DNA of 64,000 nt from Haplodiscus bocki. Its lineage: Eukaryota. The notes under the pieces were generated by a model. The model made no database searches, was not told the DNA's origin, and saw nothing but the letters and a program-made list of their open reading frames with translations. Of the stretch, positions 1 through 11,568 are shown piece after piece. The stretch spans positions 151,838,001 to 151,902,000 of the forward strand of contig OZ296648.1 in the NCBI GenBank assembly GCA_965655095.1, written 5' to 3'. Positions within the stretch are counted from its first letter, which is position 1. Each line of letters begins with the position of its first letter. Both the position numbers and the translations under genes were made by a program.

Positions 1-860
1 ATTTTTGCACATCACGTTCACACCATCCAACACAACATCTTCAGACATACGTGAAAAATGAAACTCTCTAAAAGCAGTCGACACTCAAACGACTTAGGCA
101 GTCCTCAGCCGTGTGAAAGAATCGTTAAAAGTCCAAACATCATAAATGACAAATACTCATTCTAAAAAACAGCAAAAGGCGACACCGGGTACGAAAGAGA
201 ATTCCAGGGTCACGTCAAAAGGATCTAATCACGTCTCATTTGTCAAGACATCTCAAGACATCACCCAAAACAACCCCTTGGAACGTAACTTAAAAGTAAA
301 ACTCTTCTTTAAGAAGCTATCGGCGTTCAGACGATTGAGACATAAGGTCAGACGTGTGATAGAATCGTAGAGAGTCCAAACACCAAAATTGACAATTAGT
401 CGACTGTATGTAAGAGCAAAAGGCAACACCGATGTCAGAAGAGAATTACAAGGACACAATAAAAAGATCTAACCAAGTTTCGTTGGTCCAGATATCTTTC
501 GAGATCACGAAATATGGCAAGCCAAAACAACCTAAGACGGCAAGAAAAACGGGACTTGAACATTAACTCTCAGAATTTCAATTTAAAAGAAACAGAAGTG
601 CCAGCATACAACGGTATAATCAAAATTCATTGATCCAGACACATTTAAACGTCACTTTCACAGCACATAACACAACCGCTTCAGATATAGCCAAAAATAC
701 TTCTCAAAGCAAAGTATTTAAAAAAAGATCGATGCTCAAACGAAAGACAGAAATTCAGATTTTGATAAAAATCGTTATTAGTCCAAACACAATATTTGAC
801 CACTAGTCGACGCTGTGTGGGATCAAACACCACCATCAGACACGACGGAGAATTCTAAAG
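1..860. repeat. Degenerate tandem-like repeat array (units of roughly 240-400 bp)
   Basis: The motif aatcgt..a(g)agtccaaaca.....tgac recurs at ~121, ~363 and ~771; cacaac..cttcaga.ata recurs at ~31 and ~671. Confidence 0.5.
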
Positions 861-1406
861 TCAGCAAACAAGCTTGAAGAAGTATCCTAACCCACTACCT
901 ATCGGCGCCCTTACCCCTTCGTATTATATAGAGCGCTATGTGTGCAGACTTGCAGTGCGCGCTGTACGTGGCAGTGTCGGCTATCTAAAGTCTGTGAGAA
1001 TACGATCAATTCTATGTGTGATGGGTAATTTCAGTAAAAGTAATGAAACTACTTGAAGAAATTTTCGACAGAAAAAAAAATTCGGTATATTTCAAGTACT
1101 TACATGGGTGTTGCCTCATCATACAAGTACATACAGGCATCAGCATTTCTCGTGTACTTTGTGCTTTTCATAAAGAAACAGCGATTATTTACCACCAACA
1201 TACATAAAACAGTGGCAAGACAAAAAACCTTGACTTAAAATAACCCGGCCAAAAATGCCCCAAATCCCAAAATATCCAAAGGCAAAATGCCCACAGACCC
1301 AAAAAAGGAACAATCATACTAATCGAAGAATTAACGCTAAACTTTAACAGACGCTACCAATTACCCAAGTTTAACGTTTTAAAATATTGATGTCAGATTG
1401 AAATAA

Positions 1407-1678
1407 ACAGATGCGGAGCTGTGTTTTGCAACACTTGCGCAAACGGAATACAAGTAAGAAACGCTATTTCACTCGATTCATGAATGAAATGAATATACTG
1501 ATTCTCAAGCAGCAATAGTGCAGTCAGTGGAGCATGCAACAGCGGCACGAAAGATTCGGTTCGATCATCGGCCAAGATTTTCTTAGTCGGAGTCTCGGAA
1601 GTTTAGGGCTTGTGAACAGATCGTGAAAGTGACCAAAGATTGCGTGCGATACAACACTGGAATAGCGCAAGTGTAGCA
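1407..1678 (-). mobile_element. Non-autonomous Helentron/DINE-1-like element (HINE), copy 1, with internal tRNA-like segment
   Basis: Subterminal inverted repeats ACACTTGCGC (1431-1440) and GCGCAAGTGT (1665-1674), a decayed terminal hairpin, and homology to copies at 17.2, 19.9 and 29.7 kb. Confidence 0.6.
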
Positions 1679-3209
1679 GAGAGGCGAAGCCAAAATCCTC
1701 CAGTTTTGCGAACAAAGAGAACAGCACGACCCATCAATACCGGGAAGCTTGTCTAAAAGAATGCGAATCCGAAGTTATCAGAACGGATTTATACCAAATA
1801 AAGGAACTAAAAAATTGCCAAACTGTGTCCAAAAATCAACTCTGGGATTTTTCCCACAAAATGCATAGTTCTTTTCTTAGGAAACTGCGGAGATCGAAAA
1901 TTCTAGAAATGTGCGACATCTACAAATGATGTTTTCAACTGGTCTCCGAAAACAACACCGAACAACAGCCCCTAGGTCGCAATGAAGCACGCTTTTCGCT
2001 CAGAAAAATGTTGCGCGAAAATGAAACTTGACGAAGTTGCTCAGAGCAGTAGTTTGTCAGATACAGTACATATAAGAAAGAATTGGAAAGCAAACGAACA
2101 AAAACTAGCAGTTTTTAGTCATCTCCGGAGCGCCATTTTGAAAAAAAAGGACCATTTTGAAAGAAGACCATTTTGAAAAAATTCGAAGTTCTGAAAAAAA
2201 ATCGAGAAAATGACACATTCTACTTTCAATTAAGATGGACGTGTCGTTGATTCGGAAAGCGACAGCAATAATTATGCAAAAACAGCAAAATTAGCTATTT
2301 TTGGCAAGTAAAACAACTTTAGAGCAAAACAACTTATGATTTTACGATTAAATGCTGGACCTGTCCTCCCGTTTTGGCTTTTATTGCACTGGAAGGTAAT
2401 AGCAAACTTGGAAAGCAAATAATCGAAAATTCCTTGGGGCCAAAAATTCTCGTCGACTTTGAACTACCAGAAAGCCTAATAATGAACAGTTCTGAAAACT
2501 ACTGATAATTTGAGCTGAATTTGGGCTTTTATCGTATTGGTTCGGTATACTTCCTGGAAAGTTGACAAGGAACGCAAAAGTGTAAAATTTGGAAAAATTG
2601 CAATATCAGCTATTTTCGGCCCCTTTAAATCAAAAAATCAAAATAGGCTACTGAAAAACCTCATCAAGGAACTTTTGGAGAAATTGTGCTGAAGTTTCGT
2701 TTATCCGCGCTTCATCGTATAAGTTTAGAAAAGCTGCTACAAAGTTTTTCTTGTGACGAAAACGGCGGAATATCTGGAAAACAGCTACTTTTGGCCAATT
2801 TTCAAACAATAAAAACACCATTTTTTGAGATCTTCAGAAAGTTCGACTCATTCCTGAGAAATTAACGGTTCATATTGATCTATGCCTCATACATACAAAA
2901 AAAACCTTCAGGCAAAAGTGGGAAAATCGCGAAAAAAAACAGCAGAATTTCGCTCAAACCCACGAAAACTTATTGGTTTTTCACAAAAAGAACCCAAAAA
3001 TTCAAAAATTCTGATTGTACAATGGCTTTAATTTTTTCCAAAAACGTTGACTCAGCGGCGAAGCTACCGGAACTTCGATGGAACACTGCAAAATTGTTGT
3101 TGATAGTTGAAAAATTAGTTCAATTCGGAAAATGACACACTAGTTTTTCTGCAACAAATTCAAACCCCTGCGAAAAAATCGAGAAGTTTCAGAACAAATC
3201 AGTTTGAAG

Positions 3210-4379
3210 CAAAATTTCAAAACAATCCTCAAAGCAGAAAATAGACCCTTAGCAATTGCGACACTAGGTCTTAGTTCAAACAAGGAGATTCCAAATGTGA
3301 GAAAAAAAAACATCGAAGGCAAAAGAAATTTGGTCAGGAAGCCATTAGGACAAGATGCTCGTAACAACCGAGAGCACATGGCTTTTGTCAATAGCCACTA
3401 CACTCAAAAGTACCTGCTTGTTCAGCAAAAGGCGAAGTAATAAGAGCAACACAGCAATTGACAATGGCATCAAATGCCAAATGCGGGTTATGAACGATAC
3501 AAAACACGCGCGTCGACATCAAGCTAGCGTTGCCAGCTTAGCAAGTCAAAACAATTCCATTAAATACATTGAACAGAAAACAGCTGCTGGACCCAAAGAA
3601 TTGGGTATATCGGGGGTTAACACGAATTTGTCTCATTGTGTCGAAGATTTTTCCAGTAAATCAAAAATAGTTTTCACAATTTGAAAAAAAAACGAGTTAC
3701 ATTTCTATTCCAAGACTCCGCAATTCTTGTCGGGAAAATTTTAATTTAAAAACAATTTTTCGAAACTGTCATGTTTTAGATTTTCGAATTAATGATTATT
3801 CTCCGTCGCCAACCAACACTTTGAACTTTACCATAAACAAACAGTTCAGAAACAATTTCAAAATCTTCGGGAAACATTAAAGCTATCCCACAAATATTTT
3901 GGCACTTTGAGACACAATTGGGATACTCCTTTTCCAAATACATATTTTCTGCATCAGACTATTCTGAAACCGCGGAATCGAGCCTTGCTTGCCTTGATCA
4001 CATTTATTTGCCTTTTTGCCATAAATTTTAGTATATATTTTGCAGTTTCTGTTTATCAAAATTATGGAAAACTTCAAATTCCAAAGTAGTTCGTTTTTGG
4101 AAAGTAGATGGATGTGGTAACAATTTTGTGCAGTGTATTTATAATGGCGTAAAAAATCGTATAGTACTGACCAAAAACAATTCGCATCATGGTTACGATA
4201 TCAATTAAGTAATTATGCCACATTCAAATAATTTGGGCTTTTTCAACTTCAAGACACTTTTAATTTATTACTTGGTATGCTTGTTTCAACCTTGGGTATT
4301 TTTGGCTGTGGTTTTTTGGGGTGGAACCACTTAAAACACACGCGCAACACTCGAGACGACTTTGTCCAAAAGACTATAA
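3210..4379 (+). repeat. 1.17-kb direct repeat, copy 1 (partner 7681-8850)
   Basis: Near-identical sequence at a constant offset of 4471; ORFs 3355..3684 and 7826..8155 translate identically. Confidence 0.95.
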
Positions 4380-7300
4380 CCCTCTATCGGTCATTGCTTT
4401 TTGTTCCATTTCATTTTCATTTGAACAGTATTAGCTAACTTTGTTTGATGACTTCAGGCGAATAATCTAGGAAAACTTCGAGAATTTTTGAATGTTTTTC
4501 ACAATGTCCATGGTAATTGACAGAAATGTTCTGCACCTTTTCAGATCAGATGTTGTCCCTCCAGATGAACAAGTTGTCCACTGTATTGGACAGAATGATT
4601 CACGAACTCTAGTTGGAAAACGATTTGAGCGTCAAAAGTTTAATTTGAATGAAACACAGCAAAACACTTACGCTCCTTCTGCAAGCACAAATACACTGCG
4701 CACTTCTTGCAGAACCAAGAAGTTTTGCGCTGGCAGTTGTTCTTGCATATCTAGACTTTTTCACCGTAGAAGGGTAGATGCTCGGCATTTTCAGTGCCTT
4801 GGTCTTTAGAGACGAAGTGAGGTTGAGCTTGCCTTGGTTCGAAAAGTTCTACCTCGATGTTTTCATCGGTCTGTAGAGGCCACCCAACTTTAGTTGTAGT
4901 AGGATCCTGACTCGGCAGTAATTGTCTTGCTAACAGTCTTAAAATCATACAAGGGCATGTATTCATCACGCTTACTTCGGTACACTAGCCAACTGTTCAC
5001 GATTGTTTGCTCCAAAAGCATTGCGAAAATCCTGAAATACCAAACTTTGTATCGAAAGGGAACGGATAGAAGCCAATAAGCATGTCACTTAAATCGACTC
5101 CTCCCATAAATCTGTTATACCACGAGGCAATACTTGGTTTTCCGACTTCTTGCTGCTTCTCCTTTCGGCACCAACGCTTGCAATTTGATAACGATTGGAT
5201 ACCGGTGAAATTTGATGCAAAAATCACAGGTTTCGTATCGAGCGATTGAATCAGGGCGAAATTCTCATATCTACTGTGAAGCACGTCGTGAGATCCTCTG
5301 GGACGTCTCTCACTCAGCTTTTTCCGTCATTTTGGATTGTGCCTCCCTAAGGCGATTTCTTCTGAATGTGCAGACGAAGTTCAATCCTCACTCATTCAGC
5401 TCCTTTAGCAATTCCATGCTAGAGAATAGATTGTCAGTAAAAACAAACGTTCTTCGTGAGAGATCTTTGGTCAACTTCAGCACAATAGCTGAGCATTTGT
5501 TGGTAACTTCTGACAGGTCTTCAGCTGTTTTTTTTGCCTTGGTAGAACTCTACTTCTTATTATAACCTGATGCCCCACATCTCGCCCAGTTTTTGAAACC
5601 ATGCTGGATGGGTTTTGCTGGCGTACATTGCTTCAAACCAGTTGGAGTTTTCCTTCCTTTGTACAGGGTCATTTGCTCGTCGATACATTGTTCTCTCTCA
5701 GAGTTGACGACTGCTTTGTACCGATTGTTTAGATAATCCACAAGCGGTCTGATTTTATAAAGATTGTCAAATTTCAAAGAAGTTATTTCGGGCAACAATG
5801 CCGAATCATTGAAATGTAGGGCTTTCTTGATTAATTTCATGTTATTTGTGCTGACGTTTTCGACAACGTTCTGTTGAAGTAAACCATACGACCAATATCT
5901 GTCCTTCGAGCCCAGGTCCACACAAACAGAATATGTAAGAAAACCTATAAATTTTGAAAGCAGGTCAGTGGTGACTTGACCTCGCATATCTTGTGGTCGC
6001 AAATTGAGATTTGACTGCTCAACGATCATATTGTAAAGGTCCCGATCAAAAAAAAAAAGAAACAAATAGTCCACAGGAGTGAAGTTACGTGAAATGTTTT
6101 GCGTATCCAACAATTCAAGCGTAGGTTTCTCTTCTGGTAGATGGTAATTGGGGGCAATGTCTTTCTGAACCCCACACTTCCCGAGACTGCTTCAAGGATG
6201 CCAGTGTTTCACAGCTATCCAAATCAAAATCTGAACTGCTGTCCGAGCGAAATGAAACTTGTTCGTTGTCAGCCTTATCATCAGTTTGAATATGGTTCAC
6301 AATAACTTTTCTTTTGAATTGTTTCCTGGCGTTAATTTGACTTTTCAAAAGATCACATGGCGTGGCTGTATTTTTCTTACTGGTTTTTTTCCTTGCTGGA
6401 AGTCAATCCTTCACAATCAATTTAACTTTGGATCAAAGCTACTTTTTTGAAGTATCTTTTCTTATTCTGGGCCGGTGCATAGTCAGGATCTTGGTTTTCG
6501 TCATTTTCTTTTAGTTTCTCTTCCTTCAAGTACTTTTTCCTCTCCAGCTCATCTGCTTTCATTTGTTTAATTATCATCAAGTCTACATTTGGTTTTAGCA
6601 CACATATCTTTTAGCTGTTTCGGTGTGCTGGGTAGGGCAGCTGGCTGGAGCAACTTCATCGCAATTCTGCAAAATAACTCCTCCTCCATAAGCGGACTCA
6701 AGAGACGAGCCACATGGCTCAAATGTGTGGCATGGACGTGAACAGAAAACACACAAACGATCAGCATCCGCAAATGAACATATGACGCAAAAAACATCCT
6801 GCAAACTTTCATTTGATGCAATCAGGTGAGATTTTATGCGCTGTGGTGTCGCAATTTGTAATTTTCTTTGTTTTGGATTTGAAATATGTGACTGTTCCGA
6901 TCCACTTCTTTCCTTTGCACTTTCTCCATGTCACCACTGCTTTCTTGCCAGGTATCAATGTTAAGTCTTCCTTAACAACTGTAATTTTCAGAGAAGTGGG
7001 TGTGGTCCATTGGATTTCTTTACTTTTCCGTCAAAACTGATAATTTGTCCTTGCCAATCCAAATCATATTTCTACGCGACAGTATCTCCCGCCTTGAATA
7101 GGGGCTCAAGATGTTGTTTTCGTACCCAATCAGACGTGCCGTTTCTCCATGTGATGAAGAATAATGCGTCTGCCATGCAATTCTGAAAAAAAGAAAATCG
7201 GAAACGAAGGATGTCTTGATGATGTGATGAAGTCATAATAGAAATAATCATAATTCTGCTAATTTTTGTCGAACTCAGTGGACAATTTGGTAAGTGCAGT

Positions 7301-7680
7301 GGCCAATTTTCACTTGAACTTTCCGTCGAGAAGTTTTGTCTATTGCAGTGGACACTGAGTTTCTCCACCGCAAAAAAAATGGAATTCTTTTTTGTTCCTG
7401 GCATTAAACTTTAGCATTCGCTAAAAGGAATTCTTCTTCGTTATTCAGTTGTTCAACTGCGATTCTGAATTTCGGCTTCTTCAATTTTTCGAGGAAGTTG
7501 ATTGGTTGTAAGAAATTCAATCTAAGTTTGTGGGACGGTATGGTGGCTCGAGAATGAGGATGAATTTACAGCATAAGTGCCACAACCAATCCAATTACTG
7601 GTCCACTTCGCAAGTTATGTAAAACGTTTTTGTGTTAGAAGAAACGTTGTTTTCGTTTGTCCATTGTAGTGGACGTTGGC
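4380..7680 (-). mobile_element. piggyBac-family DNA transposon, degenerate; only one terminus visible
   Basis: Starts CCCTCTATCGG directly after ATAA (TTAA-like) at 4376-4379 and contains PGBD-type transposase fragments; no matching ...AGAGGG end near 7680. Confidence 0.85.
4640..7176 (-). pseudogene. piggyBac transposase pseudogene (frameshifts and stops) with long N-terminal extension
   Basis: Motifs TPVDYLFLFF, LYKIRPLVDYLN, CIDEQM, KPIQHGFKNW, VFTDNLFSS and YNRFMGGVDLSD; C-terminal Cys-rich domain CKNNC..WFCKKCAVYLCL..KCFAVFH ending at TAA 4642-4640; ATG at 7176 follows a TTTTCAG acceptor. Confidence 0.85.
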
Positions 7681-8850
7681 CAACATTTCGAAACAATCCT
7701 CAAAGCAGAAAACAGACCTCTCGCAATTGGGACACTAGGTCTTAGTTCAAACAAGGAGATTCCAAATGTGAGAAAAAAAAACATCGAAGGCAAAAGAAAT
7801 TTGGTCAGGAAGCCATTAGGACAAGATGCTCGTAACAACCGAGAGCACATGGCTTTTGTCAATAGCCACTACACTCAAAAGTACCTGCTTGTTCAGCAAA
7901 AGGCGAAGTAATAAGAGCAACACAGCAATTGACAATGGCATCAAATGCCAAATGCGGGTTATGAACGATACAAAACACGCGCGTCGACATCAAGCTAGCG
8001 TTGCCAGCTTAGCAAGTCAAAACAATTCCATTAAATACATTGAACAGAAAACAGCTGCTGGACCCAAAGAATTGGGTATATCGGGGGTTAACACGAATTT
8101 GTCTCATTGTGTCGAAGATTTTTCCAGTAAATCAAAAATAGTTTTCACAATTTGAAAAAAAAACGAGTTACATTTCTATTCCAAGACTCCGCAATTCTTG
8201 TCGGGAAAATTTTAATTTAAAAACAATTTTTCGAAACTGTCATGTTTTAGATTTTCGAATTAATGATTATTCTCCGTCGCCAACCAACACTTTGAACTTT
8301 ACCATAAACAAACAGTTCAGAAACAATTTCAAAATCTTCGGGAAACATTAAAGCTATCCCACAAATATTTTGGCACTTTGAGACACAATTGGGATACTCC
8401 TTTTCCAAATACATATTTTCTGCATCAGACTATTCTGAAACCGCGGAATCCAGCCTTGCTTGCCTTGATCACATTTATTTGCCTTTTTGCCATAAATTTT
8501 AGTATATATTTTGCAGTTTCTGTTTATCAAAAATATGGAAATCTTCAAATTCCAAAGTAGTTCGTTTTTGGAAAGTAGATGGATGTGGTAACAATTTTGT
8601 GCAGTGTATTTATAATGGCGTAAAAAATCGTATTGTACTGACCAAAAACAATTCGCATCATGGTTACGATATCAATTAAGTAATTATGCCACATTCAAAT
8701 ATTTTGGGCACTTTCAACTTCAAGACACTTTTAATTTATTACTTGGTATGCTTGTTTCAACCTTGGGTAATTTTGGCTGTGGTACTTTGGGGTGGAACCA
8801 CTTAAAACACACGCGCAACTCTTAAGACAATTTTGTCCAAAAGACTATAA
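7681..8850 (+). repeat. 1.17-kb direct repeat, copy 2
   Basis: Matches 3210-4379; ends at the same ..agactATAA but is not followed by the piggyBac end. Confidence 0.95.
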
Positions 8851-9279
8851 AATTGAGAAGGCTCGGGTGTCATCAAAACTTTTGCTACTTCGAACACAGC
8901 GGCTACACAGAACTTTGCAACACATTCTGGTCAACCAGCAGTGCACATCAAGGATCCTGAAAATCATCTGAAATCGTAATCGGAGACATGATTGACATAT
9001 TTAGAAAAAAATCAACAGCTGTCAATCAACTGTTTGTTAGAAAAATAGGAATTGAAACAAATACTTGTCTCAGTGTCCCATATTCAACAATTTGATCGGT
9101 CAATCATGTTTTTTAGGATACGCTATTCAACAGCTCAATGTATGAGAAATCTGCACATTTTACAACGCAAAGCCAAACAAATACCTGCCACATTGTCTTT
9201 TATTCGAAATGTTGGTATATCAAACATGACCTTTTAAGACGCCAATGCTAACCTTTTTCCAGCAAAAAGATACCACTTT

Positions 9280-9440
9280 TACAACGCGAAAATGAACAAA
9301 TACCTGTCAAATATTTCGAAAAAGGTCGTTTTGACCGTTTACACATGATTCTCTAATGCAAGTTTTGAACAAAATAAAAAGTGGGCATCAGCCGGTTTCA
9401 ATACACATTCTTCTTTTCAATCAGAATGTGTAAAAAAAGC
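9280..9440 (+). repeat. Dispersed repeat fragment (partner ~15620-15790)
   Basis: Both loci share aacgcgaaaa..gaaaaag.gtcgttttgaccgtttacac..gtttcaatacac.ttcttc..atcagaa. Confidence 0.55.
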
Positions 9441-9703
9441 GACGCAAAAAAGTGACGAGAATTTTGGGGAATTGTTCATAGAAATTTAGCGTGTCTCAAA
9501 AGTTTTACTTTCCATGCAATGAATACCCTTCTCGGAGTTTAGGTGTGCTTGATCCTAAAACTTATGGAGAAATGGTTTTACATTGCAACAAAGACAATTT
9601 ACACTCATGAAGAAAGTCCGTTTCAAAAGGAACAACTTGATTTATATCAAACAAGTTGAAATCTGTTGAGATTATTTTTCTTGAAAATCGGGAGAAAACA
9701 AAC

Positions 9704-10215
9704 CTGATTGACGTCAAGGGGTCGAATACTTCGAACACCTCTCCTGTGTTTAGAGTGTACGTGTCCGGCTTTTTCTTGAACGCGTAATTACCCACATACC
9801 AAACTAGATAGTCCTGCAGAATTCTTGCTACTGAAAGTTTTTGAGGTAGTCTGTGCTGCTTGTTTTTCATCGTAACCATATAGCAGTCGAATTCAAGAAA
9901 GTTGACTATTCTCTCAGGAATCCTCAAAGAGAAGCTTCTTCCACTTTCGGAGTTAGTCCCCGTGATTAGCATGGCTTCGGAACCATCATTAGTTGGAACA
10001 TCCGGTAATAATGTTGCTTCACTATAGCCGCTCGATGATCCAGGCGAGGAAAATTCCGTCAACAGTTGATCTTCATTGCCAAAGAATGTTCTTACACAGA
10101 TTGGGTCATTGACCTTCTGCGCTGCTTCTTCACATTTGATTAGTTTCTTCCCAGGTGTTAAATCGATATGTAACTTTGTTCCTTTTACCATTCTCGAACT
10201 TGCCTTGTTATTGAC
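9704..10215 (-). CDS. MSL3: MSL3-like protein, exon 2 (linker and start of MRG domain)
   Basis: Acceptor tccag|GTC at 10215, donor AG|gtttgt at 9704/9703; LRIPERIVNFLEFDCYMV..HRLPQKLSVARILQDY resembles the N-terminal part of the MSL3 MRG domain. Confidence 0.8.
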
Positions 10216-10589
10216 CTGGACCATAAACAAAGTATGTATCAAACAGTATAATTAGGAAATTTAAAAAATACACTTCAAAAGTCCCAGTACAAACCAGAGA
10301 ATAATATTTGCCAACAGCAGCCTACAAACTTTTCATTATTTTTTCTCAGAGCTAAATACAGCAAATGGATAAGGGCAGTACGTGAAGATTAATGAATGAA
10401 CTTTAGACGTAGATATTGAGAGAAACACATTCCACAAAATCAAACCGAAAGCGCCAAAATTTTACGTCTGGCCTGTCGTTAGATTTGTGTAAGACTTACA
10501 TTTTTACTCATAGTGTATGAGTCCTGATAGTTGCAGGAATTCTAAAGTTGTTTCACTACCATTGAAGATCGTTGGTTGAGGAAACTAAC

Positions 10590-10895
10590 CTTGGCTTTCA
10601 GAGCTCTATTCTCGTCATTATCATCCAGAATATAATCTTCGTCCACCCACTGACAATATTTCTGGTCCAATCCAGGAAAACTCACGTAATACTGAGGAAC
10701 TAATCGCCTTCTGGAGTTAGGGATGAAGCGAATTTTCTCGATGAGACACTCAAAAATAGCCAGTATTTTGCGCTTATCTGGCTCGTAACACAAAGCTATC
10801 TGGGCCACTTGGAATTTGGCCCTGGACGATGACGTAGACGCTGCTGTTTCAAGGTCAGAAGCAGCATTCTCAAGAGAATTTCTTCGTGATACCAT
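10590..10895 (-). CDS. MSL3: MSL3-like protein, exon 1 (chromo-barrel); alternative start at 10919
   Basis: ALCYEPDKRK..YYVSFPG..QWVDEDYILDDNDENRALK matches the MSL3 chromo-barrel; donor AAG|gttagt at 10590/10589, phase 0, in frame with exon 2. ATG 10895 (MVSRR) is preferred because a TTTCAG lies 5 nt upstream and it resembles the MVSTRG start of invertebrate MSL3. Confidence 0.8.
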
Positions 10896-11568
10896 TCGAC
10901 CTGAAATTTCGAAGTCCATGAAATTGGCGGACTTTAAAAGTTTCAGCTAGCTTCCTTTTGTAGATGCATGTTCGTAGAGTCCTTTTGTCAATCAGCTAAC
11001 AAGAATAACTTGATTTACAAACATTTTATTTGGAAGTCAATTGAAAATCAAGTTGAAATTGATCAATTAAAATCATCGTGAAAAAATTTAAAGGGAATTG
11101 TTGCTTGGGAAATATTAGCAGGATAAACACGTGGCCCTAAATATTCTAATGAGAGTTGCCGTTTCAGTGGAGTAGAGATAAACTTCGGCCATACGGGGAA
11201 TTTTTATTCAGAATTTAGACAATTCTACAAATTAGACATTTCAAAACTGATGCTGAGCAGAATTCACAGTGAACGGGATAATATTCTGTTGATGAACCGA
11301 AGAGTTAATTGCCTTGGAAAATAAATAGACTTCGATAAATTCAATGGTGGCCCCAGAAATGTTACGATTATTGGGGACATTCAGATATATATGTCTTTAT
11401 TGGCACCAAAAATAGCGATTCAACCTTCGAGAATGATTTCCGCATACTTGAGAGCTGAATTACGAATTTATGAAGAACTCATTGACTGTTTTTTTTTCGC
11501 AACAAGGCAAGCAAGTTGGATAAACGCCAAACTTTTGATGTTATTCATAATTCAAAACTGTAATAATA

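Noticed and set aside
3210-8850. The 1.17-kb direct repeats as LTRs of a retroelement
   Set aside because: No TG..CA ends, PBS or PPT; the interior is a piggyBac whose terminus coincides with the repeat end.
9562-9703. C-terminal part of ORF 9562..10242 as the MSL3 end
   Set aside because: MRG similarity stops at the GT donor (9703); the remainder is intron read-through.
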